Origin: a virus
Lineage: Duplodnaviria > Caudoviricetes
Virus record (IMG/VR): IMGVR_UViG_3300033148_002164
Location: 1-60,765 of that record
Direction: 5' to 3' (one strand)
Length of the DNA stretch: 60,765 nucleotides
The translations under genes and the position numbers were made by a program. Below are positions 37,384 through 46,900 of this stretch, one piece after another. The stretch's first letter is position 1, and each line of letters starts with the position of its first letter. Below the pieces are notes generated by a model. The model saw nothing but the letters and a program-made list of their open reading frames with translations, was not told the DNA's origin and did not search any database.

Positions 37384-38508
37384 ATGACTGTCCTCCACAT
37401 TGACGGCCGGGGAAACTCGCGCCCCTTCGCCCACGGCGATGCCCTCCTGAGTCGGCTTGAGGCAATCAAGCTCTCGGGTGATAGCTTCTCCACCTGGGCC
37501 CAGCACCAGAACGCTGACGCCTTCGACACCCTGCTGGCCAAGGACTCCGGTCTCGCGGCTCGCATCAAGGGCGTGCGCGTCGACGGCTACGAGGAGGTGT
37601 ACAACGCTGACGCCTTCTCCGACGCTGGCGGCCTGGCCCTTGCTCGTGACCTCGACTTCGTTCACCAGAAGGTGCTCGAGGAGGCCTCGCCTGCCAACAA
37701 CGCGCTGAACATGTTCGCCACCGGCACCGGGATCCCACAGGGCGCCCGCACCCACTCCGTCCGTCGTCTCCTGTACGATGGCGAGGCCGCTTGGCACCGT
37801 GGCGGCAACAACGCTCCTCGCGTCGGCGTTCGTCAGAAGGAAGAGCAGTTCCCCGTCCGTCACATCGTGACCTCGGTGGAGATGAACCTCTTCGAGATGA
37901 TGAGCAGCAACTTCGCCAACCTGAACGCCTACCAGCGCAAGCTGCGCGGCGCCCGCAAGGTGATGGAGAAGTTCCTGAACCACGCCCTGTGGAACGGAGA
38001 CGAGGACCAAGGCTACAAGGGAGTTCTGAACTACCCGTACCTGGCCAAGAAGACCGCCGCGACCGCGTTCGACGGGTCCGCTACCGCTGCTGCGATGCTG
38101 GCTGAGCTCAACTCTGCCGCCAACTACCCCGGTGAGCAGTCTGGCGCCGTGTTCATGCCCAACCGCATGGTCACCAGCCCCCGCGTGAAGAACCTCCTCA
38201 TGCAGACGCAGAACAGCACCGCCAGCGACACCACGCTCGGCGAGTACTTCCTGCGGAACAACGACGAGATCGCCCGCATCGAGGCCGCCCGCGAGCTCAA
38301 GGACTTCAACGGCGTCTCCGGCGTCGATGCGATCCTGTTCTACAACGACGAGCCCGACAGCATCAGCCACGAGACCGTGGCCGGCATCCAGATCCTGCCC
38401 CGTCAGGTCTTCGGATTCGATGAGGTCACCTACATGTACATGAGCACTGGCGGTATCGTCATGCGTGATGCTGGCAACAACATCCTGCTCCTCGTGACCG
38501 CCGCTTAG
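37384..38508 (+). CDS. major capsid protein (DUF2184-like)
   Basis: Position, strong codon bias, LWNGD..G..G.LNYP, and a TGG near the C-terminus. Confidence 0.88.
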   Translation: MTVLHIDGRGNSRPFAHGDALLSRLEAIKLSGDSFSTWAQHQNADAFDTLLAKDSGLAARIKGVRVDGYEEVYNADAFSDAGGLALARDLDFVHQKVLEEASPANNALNMFATGTGIPQGARTHSVRRLLYDGEAAWHRGGNNAPRVGVRQKEEQFPVRHIVTSVEMNLFEMMSSNFANLNAYQRKLRGARKVMEKFLNHALWNGDEDQGYKGVLNYPYLAKKTAATAFDGSATAAAMLAELNSAANYPGEQSGAVFMPNRMVTSPRVKNLLMQTQNSTASDTTLGEYFLRNNDEIARIEAARELKDFNGVSGVDAILFYNDEPDSISHETVAGIQILPRQVFGFDEVTYMYMSTGGIVMRDAGNNILLLVTAA

Positions 38509-38525
38509 TCAGCGACTTCGCGTCA

Positions 38526-38562
38526 ACCGCCCCGGCTGCCTTCGTGGTAGTCGGGGCGATTT
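38526..38562. terminator. terminator between the capsid gene and convergent island 3
   Basis: CGCCCCGGCTGCC-TTCGT-GGTAGTCGGGGCG followed by ATTT. Confidence 0.65.
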
Positions 38563-38565
38563 GCG

Positions 38566-38922
38566 TCAGTCTTTGCGGCCCTTCGCTGCGTCGATCCAGC
38601 GCTCTTTGTTCTCCGCCCACTCCTCCAGAACAACAATGAGTTGCTTCTGGCAGTCCTCCGGATCCCACCAGCCCGGATAGCCGATGCCGGCGTAGACATC
38701 GAGAACAACGCTGTAGCCGTCGACTTGCTGCCCAAGCACGGCTGACACTGGGTCAAGCCCTGCTTCAACGATTGCCACCCTTGAGACGCCTCTGGCTCGG
38801 AAGTAGAACGGGTAGCCGTCGACAGTTCCGGTCGCCTGGACTGGACACTGGCCGCCGCACTCTTCGGTGAAGTGGATGATTGCTGGCGGTGTTGGCGTTG
38901 CTGTCGGTAGCCTGAAGGTCAT
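38566..38922 (-). CDS. hypothetical phage protein
   Basis: CPVQA.GTVDG.PFYFRARG. Confidence 0.7.
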   Translation of the reverse strand: MTFRLPTATPTPPAIIHFTEECGGQCPVQATGTVDGYPFYFRARGVSRVAIVEAGLDPVSAVLGQQVDGYSVVLDVYAGIGYPGWWDPEDCQKQLIVVLEEWAENKERWIDAAKGRKD

Positions 38923-39374
38923 TGGTCTCCCCCGTCAACGGCTGGCGGCTCCATCTTGGCGATCGCTCTCGCGAATGCAGCAGCGGCCTTGCACCGTTGA
39001 CCGCAGTAGAGGAGGGGTCTGCCGGACGCTTTCCGCCCCGCTTCATCGTGTCCACCAGTTTTGCAGACGAACTCGGTGCTGCACACCCTGCATTTGCGAA
39101 GCTTCCAGCCTGCCCATCGGACGAACTCGGAACCGACTTTTGTCGCCTTGATCAAGTCCGTTGACTCAACGTAGACAAGCCCCCTACGGACTAACTCCCA
39201 GATCGTCTTGGAGTGATACTCGGAAATGTCCAGCCCGTTTTTACGTGAAGCGATGTCCTTGAGCGCCTTCACCATGTACTGGGTTGGCTTGTTGATTGCG
39301 TTCAGGATTCTCGCGGTCTCAATATCTGGCTTGGTCGCGTTCTTGTCCGGCCACTTGTGTTCGGCTGTCGCCAT
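38919..39374 (-). CDS. winged-helix plus C4 zinc-finger protein
   Basis: T..ELVRRGLV..T..G and CRVC..GRP..YCGQRC; promoter TTGACT-N16-TATCGT (39426-39399). Confidence 0.65.
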   Translation of the reverse strand: MATAEHKWPDKNATKPDIETARILNAINKPTQYMVKALKDIASRKNGLDISEYHSKTIWELVRRGLVYVESTDLIKATKVGSEFVRWAGWKLRKCRVCSTEFVCKTGGHDEAGRKASGRPLLYCGQRCKAAAAFARAIAKMEPPAVDGGDQ

Positions 39375-39493
39375 ATCGGTCTCCCTGTTCGTGCTTAGAC
39401 GATAGCACGGTGCTACAACAAGTCAAGCCACAACCCCAACACGATCGGCTTTTCCTCCCGAATCGCGCTACACTACAAGCGAGGAGGCTATCC

Positions 39494-39802
39494 ATGCAGA
39501 TCATCAACACAACCAACAGCCCGATATCCCTTTGCCCCGCCCTACCCCTTGAGCAGATCAAGAAGTTGGACGAGGCCTTCCTGTCGGACTCCACCCCGCG
39601 CATCGACTCCGAGGGCAACCACACCCCCGGCCCTGGCGTCCTGGTCCATCTCGGCTGTGACGCTGACAAGAACGTCGTCGGTGCCGTCAAGCCCCGGGTC
39701 GAGGTCTCCGAGGACTTCCTTCGGAGCATCATGCAGGACAAGACCTGCCGGGCTCTCTTCGAGCGTGGCGACCTGCGCCACGACAACCCCATCGCCATCT
39801 GA
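39494..39802 (+). CDS. hypothetical virion-region protein
   Basis: GAGGAGG RBS before ATG 39494. Confidence 0.6.
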   Translation: MQIINTTNSPISLCPALPLEQIKKLDEAFLSDSTPRIDSEGNHTPGPGVLVHLGCDADKNVVGAVKPRVEVSEDFLRSIMQDKTCRALFERGDLRHDNPIAI

Positions 39803-39812
39803 GGGATAGGCC

Positions 39813-40256
39813 GTGTCCACAAGTACCGATCTCCTCGACAAGGTTGCTCCTGAACTCGAATCTGTTGATTCGGATATCAAGGACCTATTCATTGAGACGG
39901 CCACGACTGCGCACACGGCCACCCCTTGGGGCAACATTTACCTGTTCGCCATGGTGAACTACGCGGCGCACCTGATGACCCTCAGCGGCTACGGGTCCTC
40001 CGACCCTGCTGCTGCATCTGGCGCGGCTGCGGGCAACGCTGGGGCCGCCACAAGCAAGAAGGAGGGCGACCTTGCCCTTGGCTTCGCTTCGGCCTCAAGC
40101 GTGGCCTCTACGGTCGAGCAGGCCTGGCTGATGGAGACCAAGTACGGGCGCACCTACCTGGCCCTGCGCAAGACGCGCGCCGTTGCTGCCCCGGGCCTGA
40201 TCTACATCCTTGAGGGCAGCACCCCAAGCACCTTCGTCACCAGCGAGACGACATGA
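39813..40256 (+). CDS. head-tail adaptor (DUF4054-like)
   Basis: PE, AAHL and T.YG..YL.L motifs. Confidence 0.8.
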   Translation: MSTSTDLLDKVAPELESVDSDIKDLFIETATTAHTATPWGNIYLFAMVNYAAHLMTLSGYGSSDPAAASGAAAGNAGAATSKKEGDLALGFASASSVASTVEQAWLMETKYGRTYLALRKTRAVAAPGLIYILEGSTPSTFVTSETT

Positions 40257-40714
40257 GCGAGGTCATTGACCGGGACATGGGCATGGCCCAACTCATGCGC
40301 GACTTCGCCGACATCGACCGCGCCGAGGTCTACGTCGGGATCCGTGGTGTGCGCGGCGCCCAGAAGGACCCGAGCGAGAATCTGAACCTCGCCGAGATCG
40401 CTGCGGTCAACGAGTTCGGCGGCGGCAACGTGCCCGAGCGCTCGTTCCTGCGGTCCACCGTGGACGAGAACGAGAAGAAGTACACCAAGCGGATCGAAGG
40501 CATTATCACCGGTGTCATCGACGGCAAGCGCGGGCTTGACCAAGGGCTCGACCTGCTCGGGCTCAAGGTGGTGGGCGATGTGCAGCGCAAGATTCGCGAC
40601 TTGAAGACGCCGGTAAATGCCCCGTTGACCATTGCGCTCAAGGGCTCGGCGAACCCGCTGATCGACACCGGCCGCCTTCGCCAGTCCATCGACTATGAAG
40701 TGGTGAAGTCATGA
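40253..40714 (+). CDS. neck/tail morphogenesis protein (HK97 gp10-like)
   Basis: NEFG..VPERSFLR and NAP.TI..KG...PLIDTG.L..SI. Confidence 0.85.
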   Translation: MSEVIDRDMGMAQLMRDFADIDRAEVYVGIRGVRGAQKDPSENLNLAEIAAVNEFGGGNVPERSFLRSTVDENEKKYTKRIEGIITGVIDGKRGLDQGLDLLGLKVVGDVQRKIRDLKTPVNAPLTIALKGSANPLIDTGRLRQSIDYEVVKS

Positions 40715-40881
40715 AGACCTACGGCGGCGAGAAGGCTGCTGCATGGGCTTGGCACGACTGGTGCGGCTGCCCGCGTTGTGAACGGAAGGCGCTGGCGCCC
40801 AACGAGAAGCGCCGCCTGAAGACTATCGCCCGCCGTCAGGGTCGACGTGAAATCGCCGCCCAACTCAGGGGTGCGTCATGA
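40711..40881 (+). CDS. small basic CxCxxC protein (56 aa)
   Basis: ATGA-coupled at both ends; hand translation MKTYGGEK..WCGCPRCERK. Confidence 0.5.
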   Translation: MKTYGGEKAAAWAWHDWCGCPRCERKALAPNEKRRLKTIARRQGRREIAAQLRGAS

Positions 40882-41240
40882 TCGGCGGCCCCATGCTCGG
40901 CGCCCAGGACATCACCTTGCGCCGTTACGCAGTTGGCTCTGTCGGCTCCGACGGGCGCCGCTCCGAGGGCTCCTCTGCGGACACCACCATCAGCGCGGAC
41001 GTGCAGGACATCCCGGGCCGCGACCGCCAACTGCTCCCCGAGGGCAAGCGCCAATCCCAAGGGCTCCGGCTCTACGTCCCAAGCGCCAACCCGCTTAGGA
41101 CTGCGAACCAGTACACCGGCACGCGCGCCGATCAGGTCATCGTGGATAGCCGGGTCTACGACATCATCGTGGTCCAGACGCGCACCGCCATTATCCCGCA
41201 CTGCAAGGCGCTGGCGATTCTCGTGCAGGAGTCCGAGTAA
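40878..41240 (+). CDS. head closure/joining protein
   Basis: LPEG.R..AD motif; position. Confidence 0.7.
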   Translation: MIGGPMLGAQDITLRRYAVGSVGSDGRRSEGSSADTTISADVQDIPGRDRQLLPEGKRQSQGLRLYVPSANPLRTANQYTGTRADQVIVDSRVYDIIVVQTRTAIIPHCKALAILVQESE

Positions 41241-41812
41241 TGGCTTCGACTGTCGAGCAGGTCACCCAAGCCGTGCGCGAATGGCTCAAGGCTGCTGGCG
41301 CAAGCGGTGGTCTCACAGACGCTCAGGTCATCATCCCCGAGGGCGACAACACCCGTCCTCCGCTGCCCTACCTCACGGTCAAGCGCCTCAGCGATGCAGG
41401 CGTGGCCGAGCCCTCCGATGTCTACAGCACCAGCGGCGGGGACCCGACGGTCTACTTCACCCAAGACCGGGCCGCGACCTACAGCGTCCAGGGCTACGGC
41501 CGCACCACCGAGGAATGGCTCGAGCGAGTCGACGCCATCAAGCGCGACCCGACCATTCAGGCCCTCCTGCTCTCCAGCGGGATCACCGTTCGGCCTGGCC
41601 CTGTCGTGGACATCTCCGACATAGTCGCGAGCGGGTGGGAGACGCGCTATTCCATGGATGTTGCGGTAGACTATCGACGGTCCTCCGCCACCGATACGGC
41701 CACAGAGGTCGGTCTCGGCGAAGTCTCCGTCGACTACACCCAGAACTCCCACCTGCCCATCTCGGAGACAGATCCGGATGAGCTCCAGCAAACTGTCACC
41801 ATCACCGTGTAG
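41240..41812 (+). CDS. tail terminator protein
   Basis: RPP.PY.TV, WETR..MD; precedes the sheath gene. Confidence 0.7.
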   Translation: MASTVEQVTQAVREWLKAAGASGGLTDAQVIIPEGDNTRPPLPYLTVKRLSDAGVAEPSDVYSTSGGDPTVYFTQDRAATYSVQGYGRTTEEWLERVDAIKRDPTIQALLLSSGITVRPGPVVDISDIVASGWETRYSMDVAVDYRRSSATDTATEVGLGEVSVDYTQNSHLPISETDPDELQQTVTITV

Positions 41813-41820
41813 GAGGGCCC

Positions 41821-42897
41821 GTGACCACCACGCACGACCCGAACATTACAGTCAACGTCTACCTGTCGGCCTCGCCGGTACAGCGGGCGTCCTTCTCCAT
41901 CCCCATGTACATCGTGCCGCTCGCCACCAACTCCCTGGACGGCAATCGGACGGTCACGTATGCCAACGTCACCGACGCTGCAGCTGATGAGACCTCGGGC
42001 TTCATCTCGAGCCAGACGCTTGCGGTGATCACTCGGGCGTTCACGCAGAACCCGAAGCCCGCGTCCTTCAAGGTTGGCTACATCGACCTGGTCGGCGTCG
42101 AGACCTACTCGGCCGCGCTGATTGCCATCATCGCCGACGATCCTGACTTCTACATCCCACTCAGTGAGACCCGTGTGGCGGCTGACATCGTGGACATCTC
42201 GGCGGCTGTCGAGGCTCAGGCCAAGAAGATGCTCTACATCTCCCAGTCCGCAGATGCTGACTGGATCACCTCAGGCGTGCCTGCTGGGTTCAGTACCATC
42301 GTGACCAACGAGCGCACTGGCGTGCTCTACCACGACACCGACGCCAACCCGAACGCCGAGGGTTGGGCCTCTGCTGTGGCTGTCTTTGACTCGGATATCC
42401 AGTCTGCTCCATGGACCCGTACCGTCAAGAGCGGGGACGTGCTGGCGACCCAGATCACTGAGGCAGAGCGCCAGATCATTTTCGCGAACTTCGCGAACGT
42501 GGGTCTGCCCTACGGCGCCTCAAACTACTTCGTGGACTCCGGCCAGAGCATCACCGGCCGGCCTATCTACGAGCAGGTTACCGCAGACTGGTTCGCCACT
42601 CGAATCGCCGAAGATGTGGCCGAACTCGTCCAGGCCACCAACGACCTCGGTCAGAAGATCCCCGTCAGCGCTGCCGGTCAGGTTCGGATTCTGGCCATCC
42701 TCAAGAGCCGACTCGCACAGGGTCAACAGGCTGGCCACTTCGACCCAGACCCGGACGAGGTGAGCGCCGTCGCTGAAGACATCACCGCAACAGACGAGAC
42801 GAATCAGCGCATGCGGTTCACCGTCCGCGCAAAGAGTTCGATCAGCGCGCGTATCTTCACGTTCGATGTGTACTCTTCCACCACCTCCATCCAGTAG
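41821..42897 (+). CDS. tail sheath protein (DUF3383-like)
   Basis: F.QNPKP, DWF and KIP..AG motifs; size and position. Confidence 0.82.
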   Translation: MTTTHDPNITVNVYLSASPVQRASFSIPMYIVPLATNSLDGNRTVTYANVTDAAADETSGFISSQTLAVITRAFTQNPKPASFKVGYIDLVGVETYSAALIAIIADDPDFYIPLSETRVAADIVDISAAVEAQAKKMLYISQSADADWITSGVPAGFSTIVTNERTGVLYHDTDANPNAEGWASAVAVFDSDIQSAPWTRTVKSGDVLATQITEAERQIIFANFANVGLPYGASNYFVDSGQSITGRPIYEQVTADWFATRIAEDVAELVQATNDLGQKIPVSAAGQVRILAILKSRLAQGQQAGHFDPDPDEVSAVAEDITATDETNQRMRFTVRAKSSISARIFTFDVYSSTTSIQ

Positions 42898-42906
42898 GAG
42901 TAGGCC

Positions 42907-43350
42907 ATGTCCTCAGCACCCATCAAAACCTACGACCTGGATCGGGTGATCCTCGTCGTCGGAGGCCTACCGGTCAACGGCTTCGGCGAGACCGATGCAG
43001 TCTCCATCGAGCCCGTGGAGCAGCGCACGGTCGTCAGCTACACCGCAGACGGCCAGGCTACTGCAAGCCGCAGCGGCGTCCGTGGCTACCGCGCCACCAT
43101 CACCGTCAGCGAGACCAGCCTTGGCTACAAGACCCTGGCCGGCCTGCAGGCTGTTCAGCGCGCACAGAACCCGATCGTGCAGATGCCGTTCGCCTTGGAG
43201 GACCTGAACAACGGGGACTCCGTGATCGACCAGTACGCGGTATTCACCGACGCCCCGACCATCTCCAAGGGCAAGACCGTCGGGGAGCGCGTGTTCGTGA
43301 TCGAACTCACCGCCCCCGTCGTTCTCGAAGGCGCCCTGATCTCGGCGTAG
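42907..43350 (+). CDS. tail tube protein (DUF3277-like)
   Basis: TYD..V...G....GF..ADG..D.N.G motifs. Confidence 0.8.
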   Translation: MSSAPIKTYDLDRVILVVGGLPVNGFGETDAVSIEPVEQRTVVSYTADGQATASRSGVRGYRATITVSETSLGYKTLAGLQAVQRAQNPIVQMPFALEDLNNGDSVIDQYAVFTDAPTISKGKTVGERVFVIELTAPVVLEGALISA

Positions 43351-43372
43351 TTCCGCCCCCTCGGCTACGCCT

Positions 43373-43406
43373 GGGCCCCGTCTGTGTTCTGCAGGCGGGG
43401 CCCTTT
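43373..43406 (+). terminator. intrinsic terminator after the tube gene
   Basis: GGGCCCCGTCTG..CAGGCGGGGCCC-TTT. Confidence 0.65.
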
Positions 43407-43524
43407 GGTGTCGGGACCGTGGCCATTTTGGTTGTAGAATTGTACTGCCCAGTACACTGTCCGTAACATCCAGCCCGTTACGATCCTCTCGCCGTGTTAC
43501 GATACCCCCACACGAGGAGGTCAA

Positions 43525-43989
43525 ATGTCCGAGAGTTTCGTCCTGAAGGACGCCAACGGTGAAGAGCACGCTTACGAGGTCATCCTGCACGGCGCCCGCG
43601 CTGGTCGGCCCATTCACTTCGCCCTGATGCGCATGAGCGCCCGCCCGCTGCTTGAGGCGCTGGAGCAGGTGGCCAAGTCGGGTGAACTGATGGACGCGCT
43701 CTTCAGCGACAAGGGGGATGCCGCCGCCGCGCTGATGGGCGACCCGCAGGCGATGATTGAGAAGCTGAACCTCGGCGGTCTCGGCTCCAAGATCTCCACC
43801 GCGCTGGCCTCCGAGGACCTTGAGAACCTGAGCGATCTCATCTTCGCCCACACCAGGCGTGACAAGACCGCGCTCTCCGATGGGGTGGTCTTCGACCTCG
43901 CCTATCAGGCCAACTACGGAGAGATGCTGCTGGCGCTCATCAAGGTCATCAGGCTCAACCGTTTTCTGCCGCTGCCCGGTATCTCCTAA
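43525..43989 (+). CDS. tail assembly chaperone
   Basis: Between tube and tape-measure genes; GAGGAGG RBS. Confidence 0.75.
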   Translation: MSESFVLKDANGEEHAYEVILHGARAGRPIHFALMRMSARPLLEALEQVAKSGELMDALFSDKGDAAAALMGDPQAMIEKLNLGGLGSKISTALASEDLENLSDLIFAHTRRDKTALSDGVVFDLAYQANYGEMLLALIKVIRLNRFLPLPGIS

Positions 43990-44204
43990 ACAAAGAGGAC
44001 GGAGCAGGGGCATCGCGACTCGTCCAGCGGGCCTTTGACCGAGCAGCAAAGGGCGGCGTTGACATGTGGATCTGGCGGCTCGTCGGGGACTCTCGTATCC
44101 CCGATGGGATGGCCCAGATCAAGCGCGAGTGGTCGTTTGCTGATACATTAGAGGCGCATCTGTTCCTCGACGCCTTGGATACCTTGAAGCCAACCCCGGA
44201 GTAG
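43959..44204 (+). CDS. -1-frame extension of the tail chaperone (G/GT-type)
   Basis: The -1 frame is open from CCGTTTT to TAG 44204: ..DMWIWRLV..IKREWS..D..EAHLFLD. Confidence 0.6.
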   Translation, partial: PFSAAARYLLNKEDGAGASRLVQRAFDRAAKGGVDMWIWRLVGDSRIPDGMAQIKREWSFADTLEAHLFLDALDTLKPTPE

Positions 44205-44207
44205 CCC

Positions 44208-45989
44208 TTGGCTCAGCGCCGCACCATCCGAGAGTTGCTGGTCAAACTCGGCATTGACGCCGACACCAAGGCGGTCAACGACTTCGACAAGTCGCTTGGC
44301 AGCGTCAAGAGCACGATGGTTGGGGTCGCCAAGGTGGCCGCCGCTGTTGCTGGTGCGTTTATCGCGGTGGGCACTGCTGCCTTCGGGATGGCGGTAGCCA
44401 CAGCTACAGCGGGCGACGAGGCGAGCAAGGCGGCCAAGCGAATCGGGGTCACTGCCGAGGAAATGCAGGAGCTCACCTTCGCGGCTGGCCAGTCTGGCGC
44501 GGCGATGGCTGATGTTGAGGTGGGGTTCAGGACCCTGGCCCGAAACGCGCTGATGGCATCGCAGGGCACAGGGGAGGCGGCCAAGGCCTTCAAGCGGCTT
44601 GAGGTGGACGCGACAGACAGCAACGGGGAACTCAAGGGCTCGCTCGACTTGTTCACCGAGTTGGCGGGAGCTCTCGGCGGGCTAACAAACGAACAGGAGC
44701 GCTCGGCTCTCGCTCAACAGTTGTTCGGCAGGGGCGGCGCCAAGCTGCTCCCACTGCTAACGGCCGGCGCCGGTGGCATCGAAGAACTCCGCAAGCAGGC
44801 CCAAGCCCTCGGCCTGGTCATGTCCAACGAGGCAGCCAAGGCATCCGAGGACTTCGTTGATCGCATGGGCGAGGTCAGGGGCATCATGACCGGCCTCAGG
44901 AATGAGATCGGCGCTGAGTTCATGCCGGTCTTCTCCGACATGATGATCGCGTTTCGGGAGTGGTTCCTCTCGAACAAGGACCTGATCAACCAGAAGATCG
45001 ACAAGTGGGCGGGCCGTGTGGCTGACGCCTTCCGAGAGGTCGGCGTCTGGCTCCAGAAGGTCGACAAGTTCGTCCGCGAGAACCTCGGCGGCTGGGATCG
45101 GGTCATCCGGACCACGGCTATCGTCGGGAGCATCGCCGCGATCACTGCCGGCCTGATTGCCTTCGGTCCCGCCATCCTCGCCGCCGCTGAGGGCGTGTTC
45201 ATCTTCACCGCCGCACTGGCCACCCTCTTGCTCACCCAGCCCGAGATCTTGATCGTCGTCGCAGCGCTGGGGCTCCTGGCTTTGATTGTTGAGGACATCG
45301 TGACCTTCATGCAGGGCGGCGACTCGGTGATTGGCCGATTCTTCGACGCATGGGAGCGCGGCGGTCCAGTCCTGAATCAGGTAAAGCGCATCTTCGAGGG
45401 CCTGAAAAGCATCGTCGTCACCCTCACCAGCGCCGTGCTGGCCCAATTCCGCATAGTCGGTGAGGTCTTCGGGTTGATGAAAGACATCGGCCTTGAACTC
45501 CTCGACGTGATCTTCCCCGGCATCAAGACGGCGGTCGACAACATCACCAACTCGCTCACGGGTGAGTTCGCGGACTCTCTCGGGTTCGTCGCCAGCCTGA
45601 TCGAGCGCATCGCAGCGGCTATCGCCAGCTGGCCCGCTGAGATTCAGAAGTCGGTGGACTACGCCAAGGGGCTCCGCGAAGAGTTCAGCAGCCTCACGGA
45701 CAACCCCGTGTTCAGCGCTTTGGCGTCTGGGGCCCGCGCCATTGCCGGCCCTGCTCAAGAGGCCATGGACTTCGCCACCACGCCACAGACCGCGCTTGGA
45801 GCGAGTCTCGCCAGTCAAGTCTCCAACGTCTCGACCAGCAACCGGACCACGACTATCGGCGGGGACACGAACACCTTCAACATCGGCAGCGGCGGAAACC
45901 AGTTGGCTGAGTTCCAAGAGGTCCAGCGCAAAGAGGGCGAGAAGAGGCGGCGCCACATGTCCGCAGCCATTGCCGGAGCGGAGATGTAA
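44208..45989 (+). CDS. tape measure protein
   Basis: IRELLVKLG start, AQQLFGRGG..LLPLL, hydrophobic mid-section, 593 aa. Confidence 0.9.
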   Translation: MAQRRTIRELLVKLGIDADTKAVNDFDKSLGSVKSTMVGVAKVAAAVAGAFIAVGTAAFGMAVATATAGDEASKAAKRIGVTAEEMQELTFAAGQSGAAMADVEVGFRTLARNALMASQGTGEAAKAFKRLEVDATDSNGELKGSLDLFTELAGALGGLTNEQERSALAQQLFGRGGAKLLPLLTAGAGGIEELRKQAQALGLVMSNEAAKASEDFVDRMGEVRGIMTGLRNEIGAEFMPVFSDMMIAFREWFLSNKDLINQKIDKWAGRVADAFREVGVWLQKVDKFVRENLGGWDRVIRTTAIVGSIAAITAGLIAFGPAILAAAEGVFIFTAALATLLLTQPEILIVVAALGLLALIVEDIVTFMQGGDSVIGRFFDAWERGGPVLNQVKRIFEGLKSIVVTLTSAVLAQFRIVGEVFGLMKDIGLELLDVIFPGIKTAVDNITNSLTGEFADSLGFVASLIERIAAAIASWPAEIQKSVDYAKGLREEFSSLTDNPVFSALASGARAIAGPAQEAMDFATTPQTALGASLASQVSNVSTSNRTTTIGGDTNTFNIGSGGNQLAEFQEVQRKEGEKRRRHMSAAIAGAEM

Positions 45990-46552
45990 TGCCGATCGGA
46001 ATCTACCGAGACAGCGACGGTGCGCAGATGGTCTTTGATGGCGTGCTCGGGTACAGCCTTGACCCGCGCGTCATCCTGACCGAGCACCCGATCGAGGATG
46101 GCTCGTCGGTATCAGATCACGCTATCAAGATGCCTCTCCGGCTCACCATGCGAATCCAGGTGAGTGAGTCGCCCATGGTTGCGAATGAGTCCACCGAGAC
46201 CATCACGGGCCCCGCACGGCTTCAGGAGGCCATGCGCTTCCTGTCTGAGTCAGTGGGCGAGTTGATGACCATCACGGACACGAAGGAGGGCACCTTCGAG
46301 AGCATGGCAATCGAGTCCTACCCGCACTCCTACGGCACGCATGAGTCCATCCAGCCAGTGATCACCTTCAAGCAGATCGAGATCCCGACTTCGATTACCA
46401 CTGAGATCCCGGCGACCGTACCGCGCGCTGATGTGGCTGCTGGGGCGGCGACGGAGAAGCAGCTCGGGCGACAGGCAACGAAGAAGATCGCCAAAGAGTC
46501 AGCCGCAGCGCAGGCCGACTCCTCAATCCTCGTCTCAATCCTGGGGTTGTAG
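45989..46552 (+). CDS. baseplate/tail-tube initiator protein
   Basis: TEHPIEDGS..SDHA motif. Confidence 0.75.
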   Translation: MPIGIYRDSDGAQMVFDGVLGYSLDPRVILTEHPIEDGSSVSDHAIKMPLRLTMRIQVSESPMVANESTETITGPARLQEAMRFLSESVGELMTITDTKEGTFESMAIESYPHSYGTHESIQPVITFKQIEIPTSITTEIPATVPRADVAAGAATEKQLGRQATKKIAKESAAAQADSSILVSILGL

Positions 46553-46900
46553 ATGCCGCTTCAACTGCCCAACTCTCCCAATGAGCCGAGCCACCGGATG
46601 GACATCACGCTCGGGGTCGATGACTTCGAGTTCCGGTTCACCTGGCGGACTCGCATGTCGTCCTGGTACTTCGACCTGTTCGACGCCAGTGGGGCTCTCC
46701 TGCTTGGTGGGTGTCGCGTATCTACCTCATGGGCCCCGATTCAACTCTACCACCTTGAGAACGGACCCAACGGGACGCTCTACATCAGCGGTCCAGACGA
46801 CTACCTGCAGGGCGACATCGGCGACTCGGTGAATGTGCGCTTCTACGAGGAAGACGAGATCACCATCCCAGACGCTGACGACGCGGTCATCATCACCTGA
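46553..46900 (+). CDS. baseplate plug-like protein
   Basis: F.W..R...WY.D...G motif. Confidence 0.7.
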   Translation: MPLQLPNSPNEPSHRMDITLGVDDFEFRFTWRTRMSSWYFDLFDASGALLLGGCRVSTSWAPIQLYHLENGPNGTLYISGPDDYLQGDIGDSVNVRFYEEDEITIPDADDAVIIT

